Notes under the pieces: model-generated
The model's input: only the letters and a program-made list of their open reading frames with translations
Told to the model about the DNA's origin: nothing
The model's database searches: none
Made by a program: the position numbers and the translations under genes
IMG/VR virus record: IMGVR_UViG_3300025513_000019
Location: 1-40,427 of that record
Length of the DNA stretch: 40,427 nt
Direction: 5' to 3' (one strand)
From: a virus
Lineage: Duplodnaviria; Caudoviricetes
Part shown: positions 14,910-25,096 of the stretch, piece by piece
How positions within the stretch are numbered: the first letter of the stretch is position 1
Layout of the letters: every line of letters begins with the position of its first letter

Positions 14910-17391
14910 AATGCACACCACCGGGGCGGGAAAATTGATCCAAGTCAGACGTGTTACCTTTTCCAAGCGAATTTATTACAGTACTCGAAGATCCGCCTTG
15001 GACACTGTTATTCGTTGTTGGAGATACCGTGACTGGAGCAAGCGTAATTTGATTGCCACCACCTGCTGCACCAGCACCAGAGCTAACCAAATTTAAAGCT
15101 TGCATAGTTTCGTTATCTATAATTCCAATTATTGCATTTCTTGCGCTGGTAATTTTACTCGTAACTTCATCTAATTTAAGCTTTGGATCTAAAAGTCCAT
15201 CTCCAAAATCAATAGCATTGCCAGGCATCCACGAAGGATCGTAAACTCCGCCGTTCGCTAAATGATTGAATATAGGAATAGTTTCTGCCAGGTTTTTAGA
15301 AATTTCTCTAAAATTGATAGATCCTGGATCAATGCCACTTAACGTTGACAGCGCATTAGCTAATGGCTCTAATGCCATTGCGAATCTTTCCATTCCTGTT
15401 ACTAATTGATTACCCTTTGAACCAGATAATGGTTCAAATTCGTTTATTAATTTAGATATAATACTTTCTTTTTCGACAGTTCCGCCGAACAACGAAGTGA
15501 AAAACCCTCTTACTCTGTCGCCAACACCTTCTTTAACATCGATTGCGAAAAAATTTGTAACTGCTGATACTAAGTCACTAATACCAGATCCAAGGTTTAA
15601 TTTAGAAATTTCAGTTAATCTTTTAAGTGCGTCTGGCGTTATTGCAGTAATAGAATTACTAAACATTTTAAATGCATTAACTAGCCCACCGCCGCCACTG
15701 CCTTTTAATTTATCCAACCAAGATAGGCCAACATCCCCGAGCGTAAGACCTATCATTAAACCAGATATTCCTGCACCTATAGCAGTCATTATAGCAAATA
15801 TACCAACACCCGCCATCACTGCAGCCGCTGGAGATCCGGCTACTCCTAAGAGTGTTCCTAATCCTACGCCAGCTCCTAGTATTCCAACGAGGGCGGTAAT
15901 AGAATTTTCGTTATCTAATTCACCGATAGAATCATTAAACATTTTAAACGCATTAACTAATCCACCACTACCTGATTTTAATGAGCTCATCCAAGACATT
16001 GCCTTGTCACCAGCTGTAAGACCTATCATTAATCCAGATATACCTGCACCAATACCAGCCATTATAGTTGTAACTCGAGTTACTGCGCCTATACCAGTTC
16101 CACTTCCGAATGCAGCTGCAAGACCTCCAACACCCAAAATTCCTACTAATGCCGCCGTCCCATCCGTTGTTAATTCGCCAATAGCATCACTAAACATTTT
16201 AAAGGCTGTTGGCAATCCACCGCCAGAAAAACCAACTGCAGAATTAAGCCAGTCTACGCCAGCACCGCCAACGCCTAACCCAAGCATTAATCCTGCTATA
16301 CCTGCACCGATTCCTGTCATTGTAGCGGCAACTCGAGTTGCTGCAGCTACACCAGATCCTCGCCCAAATACAGCTGCCCCAGTTGCAGCGCCAAGTATAC
16401 CTACCATGGCTGTTATTGCGCCTGGCGTCAATTCGCCAATTACATTAGAAAAACCGCCCATCACTGTTTTTAGCGATGAGAAGTTTATGTTTCCACCTAG
16501 CGCAGAAACACCGCTAAATATTAAATCTCCAGCTAACAATCCACCTAGGAAACCAGAAATACCTGCGCCCATAGCGCCTAAACCAACGGCAGCACTCGTA
16601 CCACCTTTTAGACCTGCTATAGCACTTATACCCATAATACCGCCAAGAACTGCAAGGGCTTTAGGATCAATTTCTAAAATCATATCAGAGAACCCTGACA
16701 TAACTTCTTTCATAGAAGAAAATTTCATATCGCCGCCAAGAGCTGATACACCGCCAAATATTAAATCTCCAGCCATAAGACCACCGAGAAATGCCGATAT
16801 AGCAAATCCCATAGATCCTAATCCAATTGCAGCTTTCTTACCACCAATGGCAGATATACCCATGATACCGCCGAGAACAATAAATGATTTGGGATCCATT
16901 CCAACAATCATATCTGAAAAACCCAAGGCTGCAGATTTTAAATTGTCGAATTTAAAACTAGCTCCCATTGATTCCATCCAACCTAAAGTAGCATCACCGG
17001 CGACCAGGCCACCAAAAAATGCTGATATACCAAGGCCCATCATGGCTAATCCACCAGCCCCTTTAGCAAGGCCGATACCAGCAGCACCTATACCAAGGCC
17101 GGTACCGAGACTAAAACCACCCTTACCAGCACTGCTTGGTGCAGCTGCAGTAGATCCACCTGAAGATGATTGGTACATTGGCTGTGGGCTTACAGACGCC
17201 CTACTAGCATCTCCTAAGGTTGTTGCTCTTTCCTGTGCCGATAACATTTTCTGCAGCATACTATTTTGTTCAGCAAGTAAATCAACCTGCTGATTATCAA
17301 TTTGCGCCATGGAAGATAACATAGCACCTTGCTGCGATATGTTAATATCAATAGAGTCTAATACAATTTTAAGATCTTCAAACGTTGCCAT
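14908..17391 (-). CDS. Probable tail tape-measure / baseplate hub protein (gp29 position)
   Basis: 827 aa with Gly/Ala-rich hydrophobic helical repeats; downstream of gp26 and gp51. The call is mainly from gene order. Confidence 0.6.
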   Translation of the reverse strand: MATFEDLKIVLDSIDINISQQGAMLSSMAQIDNQQVDLLAEQNSMLQKMLSAQERATTLGDASRASVSPQPMYQSSSGGSTAAAPSSAGKGGFSLGTGLGIGAAGIGLAKGAGGLAMMGLGISAFFGGLVAGDATLGWMESMGASFKFDNLKSAALGFSDMIVGMDPKSFIVLGGIMGISAIGGKKAAIGLGSMGFAISAFLGGLMAGDLIFGGVSALGGDMKFSSMKEVMSGFSDMILEIDPKALAVLGGIMGISAIAGLKGGTSAAVGLGAMGAGISGFLGGLLAGDLIFSGVSALGGNINFSSLKTVMGGFSNVIGELTPGAITAMVGILGAATGAAVFGRGSGVAAATRVAATMTGIGAGIAGLMLGLGVGGAGVDWLNSAVGFSGGGLPTAFKMFSDAIGELTTDGTAALVGILGVGGLAAAFGSGTGIGAVTRVTTIMAGIGAGISGLMIGLTAGDKAMSWMSSLKSGSGGLVNAFKMFNDSIGELDNENSITALVGILGAGVGLGTLLGVAGSPAAAVMAGVGIFAIMTAIGAGISGLMIGLTLGDVGLSWLDKLKGSGGGGLVNAFKMFSNSITAITPDALKRLTEISKLNLGSGISDLVSAVTNFFAIDVKEGVGDRVRGFFTSLFGGTVEKESIISKLINEFEPLSGSKGNQLVTGMERFAMALEPLANALSTLSGIDPGSINFREISKNLAETIPIFNHLANGGVYDPSWMPGNAIDFGDGLLDPKLKLDEVTSKITSARNAIIGIIDNETMQALNLVSSGAGAAGGGNQITLAPVTVSPTTNNSVQGGSSSTVINSLGKGNTSDLDQFSRPGGVH

Positions 17392-17565
17392 TTATTTTCT
17401 TCTTTGCTTTTCTTCTTGTTGCTTTATAAAGTTAATTAACATATCAAAATATAAATCTCTTTCAAAAGGCATCATTCTTTCTAACTCATCAACTGAATAC
17501 TTATGATGTTGAACCATTCCAAAAATTTTATCATAATAAATCGAAAGGTTCGTATGACTCAACAT
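17392..17565 (-). CDS. gp51: Baseplate hub assembly protein, gp51-like (57 aa, absent from ORF track)
   Basis: MLSHTNLSIYYDKIFGMVQHHKYSVDELERMMPFERDLYFDMLINFIKQQEEKQRRK; TGATG overlap with gp26. Confidence 0.8.
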   Translation of the reverse strand: MLSHTNLSIYYDKIFGMVQHHKYSVDELERMMPFERDLYFDMLINFIKQQEEKQRRK

Positions 17566-18266
17566 CAGATAAAAAAAGTTTGGGTTCCTTGTATCACAAA
17601 GGTTTTATTATCACCGTTTTTATTTATGTATTCAACTTCATGTCTTACTTTTGGTATCGTATCAAAAAACTCTTTCATTTTTTTAACAACATCGTTATGT
17701 AGACTTTCAATGAAATCATTAACTTCTTTTTTACTAAAATCTTTAAAGTTAAACACGTCTTCTTCTGATGCTAATTTGTCTAAACAGCAAAGCATAATAT
17801 CGTAATTTCTTTCGGTCTCAGACTTATCCTCGTTTAAAAGAACAAAGAAGTCTTCAGCCGTAGGGTATTTTAAAAACAATACATAATTTTCTGATACTTC
17901 AATTTGGTTCGTATGGTTTTCAGGTTTTTCAATTTTTACTTGCGTTAAATCTAATTCTAATTCAATAGATTCTTCAGTGTCTGGGTCTTCTATTTTAAAC
18001 TTTACAATGTTATCAACAGACTTAGAACGAATTGATATTAATAAGTATTCCAAATCAACGAGTGATAATGAATCAATAGTATCTTCAAGTAAACAATTAT
18101 TCACAATCTGTTTAATTGAACTTATAATTTGTTCAGTGTCTTTTGATTCTTGAGCAATTAAAAGAATTTTTTCTTCTTTTACTGTAAAGGGCCGATACTT
18201 AACCTTTTTATCGTTAGATGGTAACGAAAGCTCATATATCGGCATGTCAATCTTTGGTAGTGGCAT
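17565..18266 (-). CDS. gp26: Baseplate hub subunit
   Basis: MPLPKID.P.YEL.LPS, KYRPFTVKEEKILL, DLEY....IRSKSV, LKYP, FFDTIPK. Confidence 0.88.
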   Translation of the reverse strand: MPLPKIDMPIYELSLPSNDKKVKYRPFTVKEEKILLIAQESKDTEQIISSIKQIVNNCLLEDTIDSLSLVDLEYLLISIRSKSVDNIVKFKIEDPDTEESIELELDLTQVKIEKPENHTNQIEVSENYVLFLKYPTAEDFFVLLNEDKSETERNYDIMLCCLDKLASEEDVFNFKDFSKKEVNDFIESLHNDVVKKMKEFFDTIPKVRHEVEYINKNGDNKTFVIQGTQTFFI

Positions 18267-18284
18267 TGTGTATTATCTCCTCAA

Positions 18285-19091
18285 TTAAAATATATTTCGC
18301 AAACCGTTTAGTCCGGATCTAATTTGCGAAAACGAATTATTTATGTTATTTTTCAAGTTACCAAGTTTAGTAAATGCGTTTATTGAATCTTGAATTGAAA
18401 TTGGCAAACTGCCTTGCCCTATTGCTTGGCCATTTGCTCCTAAAGTATTTACATATTCTACAAAACCAGTACCTCGTGCAAACCTTTCGGTTGGCGTACC
18501 TTGTCTTGAACTTGACACTGCCATGTGAGCATATGTAAAGTTAATTGTAGAAGTTGCGAAAGAATCATTGTCTGCCCATGATACATCAACGCCGCTTACC
18601 TGTGTTGGAAACGCATCATACAACGTGTATTCATAATATTTTGGTATGCCATCGGCGCCATCTGTACTATAGTGCTTAATTATTATGTTACAAGCAAAAT
18701 CTTTTTTATATCCAACTTCGTATGGAAGCTGACCATTTACTTGAGAAAACGCTCCGTCTGAATAGTTGTAATTAATTACTGATTGCATCCACTGATGAAA
18801 AAATCTAAGTACCATATGATCAGAGTCTAACATAAACACTGCATTAAATTGATCGGGCTGAACAGCTGTTGGGATTGACTGTTTCACACCAAACCCATTT
18901 GGATAGTAATCTGCTACCGTATAATTTAGGCCCGGGATCGTTGCGGTTTGGCAAAAAAATCTAAGATCTTGCATTGACATACCGTCTGATTGTACTGGCC
19001 CGTTCATTATTTCGACAACGTATAGGTTTTTGCGCGCAGGCCCGCCGTACTTATTCATAGTACTTTTAAATTCGTTTATATTAAATGGCAT
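18285..19091 (-). CDS. Tail-tube-fold protein, probable tube initiator (gp54-like)
   Basis: GGPAR.NLY.V, C..A.IPG, F..WM..V, L.DAFP tube-fold pattern; lies between gp2 and gp26. Confidence 0.7.
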   Translation of the reverse strand: MPFNINEFKSTMNKYGGPARKNLYVVEIMNGPVQSDGMSMQDLRFFCQTATIPGLNYTVADYYPNGFGVKQSIPTAVQPDQFNAVFMLDSDHMVLRFFHQWMQSVINYNYSDGAFSQVNGQLPYEVGYKKDFACNIIIKHYSTDGADGIPKYYEYTLYDAFPTQVSGVDVSWADNDSFATSTINFTYAHMAVSSSRQGTPTERFARGTGFVEYVNTLGANGQAIGQGSLPISIQDSINAFTKLGNLKNNINNSFSQIRSGLNGLRNIF

Positions 19092-19700
19092 TTATCGCCC
19101 GCCTCTTGCTATTTTTCTTGAGTCTGCCCAGACTCTTCCTTTTGAAGACTTTTCAAAATGTTCAGATGGTAAGAATAGCGCTATATCCCATTCAGCAGGA
19201 TTTATATATACCAATTTTGTTCTTATCTGAGACGTTAAATAATGTTTCACTGTAGGTTTAAATTCTCTATATTTTGAAGCACCATTAAGGATACTATATG
19301 ATATTTGCATTTTTGTAGTTTCATCGTATTTTTGATTTCCTGTCACCTCGTATAAGGCATCCATTAATTGCGCACGTAAAGGAAGTGGTAAGTAGTGAAA
19401 GTTCATTCCAAGAAAGCCACCTTTAGCTGTATTTATTGGAAATACAAGTGGGAACCTGTCATAATAAGGAAGAGTTTCTTTATGTTTAGGGTCATATAAA
19501 AACGTATACATGTGGCCAAGTCTAAATTTACTTTCGTATCTATCTTTCATTTGGCGAATAATTTTTGTTTCTTCTATGCTCGAACGTGATACTGACTTTG
19601 CTTGATTCCGATACCAATCGCGCGCCAATTTTGTACGTGCTGGTACTTGACCTGCTCGAATACCTTTTAAAAGAATATCGTCAAATACTTTTGCAGTCAT
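19092..19700 (-). CDS. gp2: DNA end protector protein
   Basis: GHMYTFLYDPKHKETLPYYDRFPLV, G.NFHYLP, KHYL...I, W..A..LP. Confidence 0.92.
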   Translation of the reverse strand: MTAKVFDDILLKGIRAGQVPARTKLARDWYRNQAKSVSRSSIEETKIIRQMKDRYESKFRLGHMYTFLYDPKHKETLPYYDRFPLVFPINTAKGGFLGMNFHYLPLPLRAQLMDALYEVTGNQKYDETTKMQISYSILNGASKYREFKPTVKHYLTSQIRTKLVYINPAEWDIALFLPSEHFEKSSKGRVWADSRKIARGGR

Positions 19701-20164
19701 TACTTAATTCCTAATTCGTGTTCGGTAAATATTTCAAATACCCATCCTCTATCTGCACAGTATTGGCGTGCAGCTTTCCATTTAGATTCGTTGACACCAT
19801 ACGTTTTAACTTCGTTTACATATCTACGTGAAAGTCTTCCTGAAGGAGTTGAATTCTTTTTTCGAATATCAGGTGCTTTAGTTTGAGCGTGCGGTTTTAT
19901 TTCTATCATAATAGTTTCGGTTGTGCCATTTGGCGTTCTCTTTCTTACAACTACGTCTGGGTAATACCTGTGCCTTTTTCCATCTATAGGAGACACGTAA
20001 GGTACTATAACTTCTTCACTCTGCCACCAAATAACATCTGGGTGAACATCAATATATCTAAAAAATTTAAATTCCCATAAAGATCTATAAATGATCTTTG
20101 AAGAATCTCCCTTATACTTTTCTGGGTGTTTAGGCCTAAACCGCCCTTTATGTCCTCTAGTCAT
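19700..20164 (-). CDS. gp4: Head completion nuclease
   Basis: KG.F.PK.PEKYKGD, YRSLWE, WQSEE..VPY, HRYYPD, IEIKP..QT, KWKAA, TE.EL. Confidence 0.93.
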   Translation of the reverse strand: MTRGHKGRFRPKHPEKYKGDSSKIIYRSLWEFKFFRYIDVHPDVIWWQSEEVIVPYVSPIDGKRHRYYPDVVVRKRTPNGTTETIMIEIKPHAQTKAPDIRKKNSTPSGRLSRRYVNEVKTYGVNESKWKAARQYCADRGWVFEIFTEHELGIK

Positions 20165-20184
20165 TCATGCTGTCCAATTTTTAA

Positions 20185-20220
20185 TATAAATAGAATCAAA
20201 GCCACGTATATCTATTTATA
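20185..20220. promoter_or_regulatory. Opposed T4 late promoters serving the divergent gp4 and gp48 operons
   Basis: TATAAATA on + at 20185-20192 and on - at 20213-20220. Confidence 0.85.
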
Positions 20221-20233
20221 AAGGAATTTAGGT

Positions 20234-21226
20234 TTGCCGTATCAAGATTTTGGTCAAAGGCCTGAACAGGTCATGAGTAACAGTAAAATTTCGCAAAGTT
20301 CTAATTTTTTAAACTTTCCGTTAAATATCGGAGCTCACAGTGTATTATTAGCCTTTAATAAATACGCTTTTGTTCCGCCCGGCGAACGAGGATTGAACAA
20401 ATTGTCTGGTGGTTCTGCTAGAAATCGCGGCGGTGAATTTGGACCAATACCAAACGGAACGGATGTAATTCAGCTTCCATTGCCTGCTAATATTCAAGAC
20501 ATTTATTCTATTAGAGTAGCAGGAAGTGATATGGGTATTGCACAGTCAGCGGTTGCTACAGGGGCATCTCAATTTGCTGGCGCAGGCGATCTTACTGTTT
20601 CAAATTTAGGAAATGTTTTAGGCAACCTAATACCCGGAGTAGATCTTAGTTCAATACTTAATTCTGATATTGACCAAGCTTCGAAAAACTTATCATTTTT
20701 AGGTAGAAGATCAATTGATAAGTTGCTTGCTGGTGCTGGAAAGGCTGTTGACCAAGGGTTAGGAAATACAGTTAACCCGAAATCATCATTGTTTTTTGAA
20801 GGTGTAAATTTAAAACAATTTGATTTTAATTGGACTCTTGCTCCAACAGAAGCTGCAGAGTCTGATAGGATACGAGATATTATTACAACAGTTCGTAGAA
20901 ACATTCTTCCTACTTATGGGAGCGCAGTTGGTTTAAATAAAGTCTTGTTAAATTATCCTAGTACTGTAGACATATTCTTTTTAGGAATTGACGACGGGTA
21001 TTTCTTTAAATATAAGACATGCATGGTACAACAATTTCAAAATAACTATACTCCAAACGGTTTGGCAGTAGTGACAGGCGGAAAGCCAGCTATGGTGTCA
21101 ATGAATATGACTCTCATGGAAATGGATATTCATACATCCGAAGATTATGGCGGAGTATCAACTAATAACGTGTCAGTTTCAGATTTAACAACTGGCGATC
21201 AAACAATAAGTGGCGGGGCGGGGTAA
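20234..21226 (+). CDS. gp48: Baseplate tail-tube cap
   Basis: IQLPLP, VNP....FEGV..KQF.F.W...P....ES..I..I, YP, C.V......YTP; TTG start with AAGGA; precedes gp53. Confidence 0.82.
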   Translation: MPYQDFGQRPEQVMSNSKISQSSNFLNFPLNIGAHSVLLAFNKYAFVPPGERGLNKLSGGSARNRGGEFGPIPNGTDVIQLPLPANIQDIYSIRVAGSDMGIAQSAVATGASQFAGAGDLTVSNLGNVLGNLIPGVDLSSILNSDIDQASKNLSFLGRRSIDKLLAGAGKAVDQGLGNTVNPKSSLFFEGVNLKQFDFNWTLAPTEAAESDRIRDIITTVRRNILPTYGSAVGLNKVLLNYPSTVDIFFLGIDDGYFFKYKTCMVQQFQNNYTPNGLAVVTGGKPAMVSMNMTLMEMDIHTSEDYGGVSTNNVSVSDLTTGDQTISGGAG

Positions 21227-21231
21227 TATAA

Positions 21232-21615
21232 ATGGCAGGCGAATATTTCGATAAATTCCCAGACATAAGCTATAATAATGTTTTAGTTAAAGACGTAACA
21301 AAAAGAGTAAAATTCCTAAAAGAAACTTTACAAGATCCGTATTCTTTTTTGCCGTATACTATCAAGGAAGGCGAAAGAGCTGAGGATATTGCGTATCACT
21401 ATTACGGCGACTCTAACTATACTTGGCTAATATATTTAGCAAACAATATTATTGACCCATATAATGAATGGCCGATGGACGAATATACATTCAACCAATA
21501 TTTAATTAGCAAATATAGTGGGCAAGCAGGCGGGTTAAACGGTTATGATTTAGTTGATTGGACCAAAGCTAATACTAACACAGATAATATAGTTTATTAT
21601 TATAAAGAGGTATAA
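21232..21615 (+). CDS. gp53: Baseplate wedge protein gp53, N-terminal part
   Basis: YF..FP.I.Y, YTIKEGERAEDIAYHYYGD...W.I...NNIIDPY.EWP. Confidence 0.88.
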   Translation: MAGEYFDKFPDISYNNVLVKDVTKRVKFLKETLQDPYSFLPYTIKEGERAEDIAYHYYGDSNYTWLIYLANNIIDPYNEWPMDEYTFNQYLISKYSGQAGGLNGYDLVDWTKANTNTDNIVYYYKEV

Positions 21616-21616
21616 A

Positions 21617-21871
21617 ATGGCAATTGATATAATAAAAATTAGTCCTGACAGTTTTAAAACTCTTTACCTTCGCAAAGAAGATAGAGTCATATTAAGAAGT
21701 GAAGCAGGCAAGCGAATTGCATTACAAAGAATCATTCCAACTGAATGGATTCCGTATCGCGTGTGGGATTTTGAACAAGCAACAAATGACAATAAAAGAA
21801 ACATTCAACTTATTGATAGAAACTTAGTATCAAAAATTGAAAAAGAGATTACGAATAAATTAAATGAGTGA
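21617..21871 (+). CDS. gp53 C-terminal-like segment encoded as a separate ORF
   Basis: WDFEQ..ND.KRNIQLI....V..IE.E resembles the gp53 C-terminus; has its own GAGG RBS. Confidence 0.65.
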   Translation: MAIDIIKISPDSFKTLYLRKEDRVILRSEAGKRIALQRIIPTEWIPYRVWDFEQATNDNKRNIQLIDRNLVSKIEKEITNKLNE

Positions 21872-23192
21872 ATTTATTTTACCAGGCCAATATAAATTAT
21901 TAAGTGCCGTATTAGTTTCAGATTCAGCTCCATCTATCGAGTTAGGAGTTTCAGGGCAAGGAAATTCAAATGAATTTTCAGGCTTCATACCTGTTTTTGT
22001 AATTGAAGAATCTATTAATTCTGACTGCATGAAAGGTTATGCAGAAATAATTGATAACATAGGTTTTCTTGAAGACTTACCTATTCGTGGTGAAGAACAT
22101 TTGATTTTTACTGTTGAAGACGCTATGAAAAATCGTAGAATTTATCAAATGCGAATATATAAAGTTATAAATGTTGAAATTAATGATGCAAACGATGGTT
22201 TAAGATATGAAATTCATTTTGTTTCAAAATCAAGATTTAATGTAAGTGCACGGCGCATTACAGAACCTTTTGAAGATAAAATATCAAACATAGCATCAAC
22301 CATTTTTAATAGTTATTATAGCCCTCCGCAAAATTCTTCGAGCTTAGTTGTTGAACCAACCGAAGGCGTATTTCGCTGTGTAATTCCAAATTATACACCA
22401 GTCCAAGCAATGAATTTTTTATCACAGCGTGCTTATAGTACATCGAGTCCATCATGCTCTTTTAGATTTTTTGAAACTGCTCACAATCACTTTTTTGTTT
22501 CGGACGAATATTTAATCAAACGAGCATTGGAAAATACTGACAATATCAAAGAATTTACTTATAGTGATGCTTTAGACAAGTCAGGTAAAGAATACTCGCA
22601 GCAAATGCAAAATCTTATAACTATTAAAAACGAAGATCGCATTAACACTATGAAGGATCTCGGTTCTGGTGCTTATCGTAGTCATGTTATTGAAGTTGAT
22701 ATAGTAAAAAGAAGAGTAAACCTTCCAACTAAATCTACAGTGCATTCTTATGATTTTGAAACCGAAAAATCAAAATATGTATCCACCTCAGGGCGGTCTA
22801 CTGATGAAGGTGTTCATTCTCCTGAATTTAAAAGTTCTTACTTTACACAAGAAAATGAAAAACGCTATATGGTAGTTCGTGATTATGCTGATGACAGTGG
22901 AGAATTTCAATTAAGAGGAAATCAATTTCTTCCAGAAATAGTTGCAAATAGAACGGCGTATCGGCACCATTTAAATAACACTATCGTGTACGCAACAGCG
23001 AACGGTAGATTAGATTTAAATGCAGGAAGCATGATAAACATTAAAATACCTCAATTTATTTCATCATCGCAAAAGGGGTTAAATCCGCAATTGTCTGGAT
23101 ATTATATGATAGATACTATAACCCACAACTTTGTAAGAGACGTACATACTACTGCTCTTAAATTGATTAAGTATGATTGGAGCACAGAATGA
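21864..23192 (+). CDS. Probable baseplate hub protein (gp27-like)
   Basis: 442 aa between gp53 and gp5; I.E.I...G...I.D, LPIRGEE, F.FFET, SG.Y.I..I.H pattern. Confidence 0.65.
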   Translation: MSEFILPGQYKLLSAVLVSDSAPSIELGVSGQGNSNEFSGFIPVFVIEESINSDCMKGYAEIIDNIGFLEDLPIRGEEHLIFTVEDAMKNRRIYQMRIYKVINVEINDANDGLRYEIHFVSKSRFNVSARRITEPFEDKISNIASTIFNSYYSPPQNSSSLVVEPTEGVFRCVIPNYTPVQAMNFLSQRAYSTSSPSCSFRFFETAHNHFFVSDEYLIKRALENTDNIKEFTYSDALDKSGKEYSQQMQNLITIKNEDRINTMKDLGSGAYRSHVIEVDIVKRRVNLPTKSTVHSYDFETEKSKYVSTSGRSTDEGVHSPEFKSSYFTQENEKRYMVVRDYADDSGEFQLRGNQFLPEIVANRTAYRHHLNNTIVYATANGRLDLNAGSMINIKIPQFISSSQKGLNPQLSGYYMIDTITHNFVRDVHTTALKLIKYDWSTE

Positions 23193-25039
23193 TGGAAACT
23201 GGTGCTGGGATATTAAATCCTTTATTTTTTATGGGGGTTGTAGAAAATAATGTTGATGAGCGTCTTGAAGGAAGAGTACAAGTACGTGCCTTTGGAGTGC
23301 ATGGAACAACCCAACAGGTCCCAACTGAAAATCTTCCGTGGGCAACACTAGTACATGGTAGCTATGACCCTAACGCTGAGATACCGCGTGTAAACTCATT
23401 TGTATTTGGGTTTTTTGTTGACGGTCGTGATGCACAGCAGCCAATGATATTGGGCTTAATCCCAACGCAAATGACTGAAATAATAAACCCAGATTTAACT
23501 GGTTGGGGCAAAATACCCGAAACAAATTCAAGGATTCTTGCAAAAAGATCAATGCCACCTGATATAGGGCAGCCATCAAATTCAAGATTAGTTCGCGGTG
23601 AAAATATTGAAGAAACTTATGTTCACCAGCAGGAAATATCTCGTGTAAAAGATATTGGCATTGCAGACCAAAACCCGGATAAAGCTGAGGATGGTGATCG
23701 CGAATTTTTTGCAGAACCAGCGCCTGCATATAACGCGGAGTATCCATTTAATAGAGTAATAGAAACAGCAACACATTCAATAGAATTGGATGATACTCCT
23801 GGGGCCGAGAGAATTACCATATATCACGGCGCAGGGTCTTATATTGCTATTGACGCGCGCGGAAGTACTACTCATAAATCTGCGTCTGATAAAATTCAAA
23901 TAAATGATAGAAATAATTATGTATATGTAAAAGGTAGAAACATAGTTACTATCGAAGGTGATTCTCAGGTTTTTGTAAAAGGAAATAAAATAGAAGAAAT
24001 CACTGGTGATCTAATACAAAATGTTAGAGGAAACCATTATCTTTCTGTTGGCGGGCAGTCTACTATTAATGCAAGCGAAGAAATTCAAATAAGAGGTGGG
24101 AAGCTACGCCTTGAATCAAACGTAGAAGGCATTAATTTAAAGGCAAGCAAAAAAATAAACCTACAAGCTGTTGATGCTATTAACTTAAAGGCAAAAACAA
24201 TGTATCTCGATGCAGAAGGTGATTTAAGTATTAAAGCTGAGCATCCAAAAATAGCCGGAGAATCTCAAGTAAGTATCAGTGCTGAACTTACTGCTATTGA
24301 TGATTATGTACGAATGGCCGAAGGTAAGGCAGTTGAACCAGATTCTTCAGGTGCTGGCACGGCTGAAGCTGTAGATGCCCCAGAACCTGTAGGTAAAGCC
24401 ATAAGCACAACACGTAACGAAAGCTATGACGGTGGCATAATTGGGTCGAGTGGTTATACATCACAAGACGAAGGTGAAGAATCAGTTGAAAGGGCGGCAG
24501 CAACAGAAACATCTAGTGAAGCTTCGACTTCCTCTACAGCAGACGCAATTAAAAAATCATCTACCGGAATTAAAACATCTGCAGCAGGCCTCGAAAATGA
24601 TCAAGCGTTTCAAACAAAACTTGCGGAAATGCAAAGTAAATATCCTAGTCTCGAAAAGCAGCAATTATATGCAATCATTAGCGGTGAAAGCGCATTTAAT
24701 ACTGCTGCATATAATCAAAATTCTGGAGCGTCGGGTTTGTTCCAGTTTATACCTGGCACAGCAAAAGGCCTTGGTTATACAACGAGTCAAATTCGTAATA
24801 TGAACCCAACTCAGCAATTAGAAGTATACGACAAATATCTTGCAAGTGCTAAGTATAAAGGTGGCGATCTTGGAATTATTCAAGCAGCTCCGGCATATTA
24901 TGGCCGTCCTGATAATTTTGAAGTTTACAAAAGAGGCTCAAAAGCATATGCGCAAAACCCGCCATGGCGCGGTTCTGACGGCAGGATCACAGTAGGAAGC
25001 ATTAATGCATATTATAATAAAAATTGGGGTCTTAGCTAA
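23189..25039 (+). CDS. gp5: Baseplate central spike gp5 with C-terminal lytic transglycosylase domain
   Basis: OB fold (F.GVVEN..D...GRVQVR.FG.H, LPWA, VFGFF.DG...QQP), YPFN, E.DDTPGAERI, beta-helix repeats, then ISGESAFN...SGASGLFQF. Confidence 0.9.
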   Translation: MMETGAGILNPLFFMGVVENNVDERLEGRVQVRAFGVHGTTQQVPTENLPWATLVHGSYDPNAEIPRVNSFVFGFFVDGRDAQQPMILGLIPTQMTEIINPDLTGWGKIPETNSRILAKRSMPPDIGQPSNSRLVRGENIEETYVHQQEISRVKDIGIADQNPDKAEDGDREFFAEPAPAYNAEYPFNRVIETATHSIELDDTPGAERITIYHGAGSYIAIDARGSTTHKSASDKIQINDRNNYVYVKGRNIVTIEGDSQVFVKGNKIEEITGDLIQNVRGNHYLSVGGQSTINASEEIQIRGGKLRLESNVEGINLKASKKINLQAVDAINLKAKTMYLDAEGDLSIKAEHPKIAGESQVSISAELTAIDDYVRMAEGKAVEPDSSGAGTAEAVDAPEPVGKAISTTRNESYDGGIIGSSGYTSQDEGEESVERAAATETSSEASTSSTADAIKKSSTGIKTSAAGLENDQAFQTKLAEMQSKYPSLEKQQLYAIISGESAFNTAAYNQNSGASGLFQFIPGTAKGLGYTTSQIRNMNPTQQLEVYDKYLASAKYKGGDLGIIQAAPAYYGRPDNFEVYKRGSKAYAQNPPWRGSDGRITVGSINAYYNKNWGLS

Positions 25040-25096
25040 TGTTTAAACTATTGCGAGTTCAATCGCGAATAAATAGATTATAAAGGAAAGAGTAAA

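Noticed and set aside
15497-17293. 598-aa Pro/Ile/Ala-rich ORF on the + strand
   Set aside because: Antisense shadow of the Gly/Ala-rich minus-strand gene (reverse-complemented Gly codons read as Pro/Ala/Thr/Ser); no RBS and no recognisable domain.
20185-20220. 10-bp inverted repeat as a terminator or mobile-element end
   Set aside because: It is simply two opposed late promoters.
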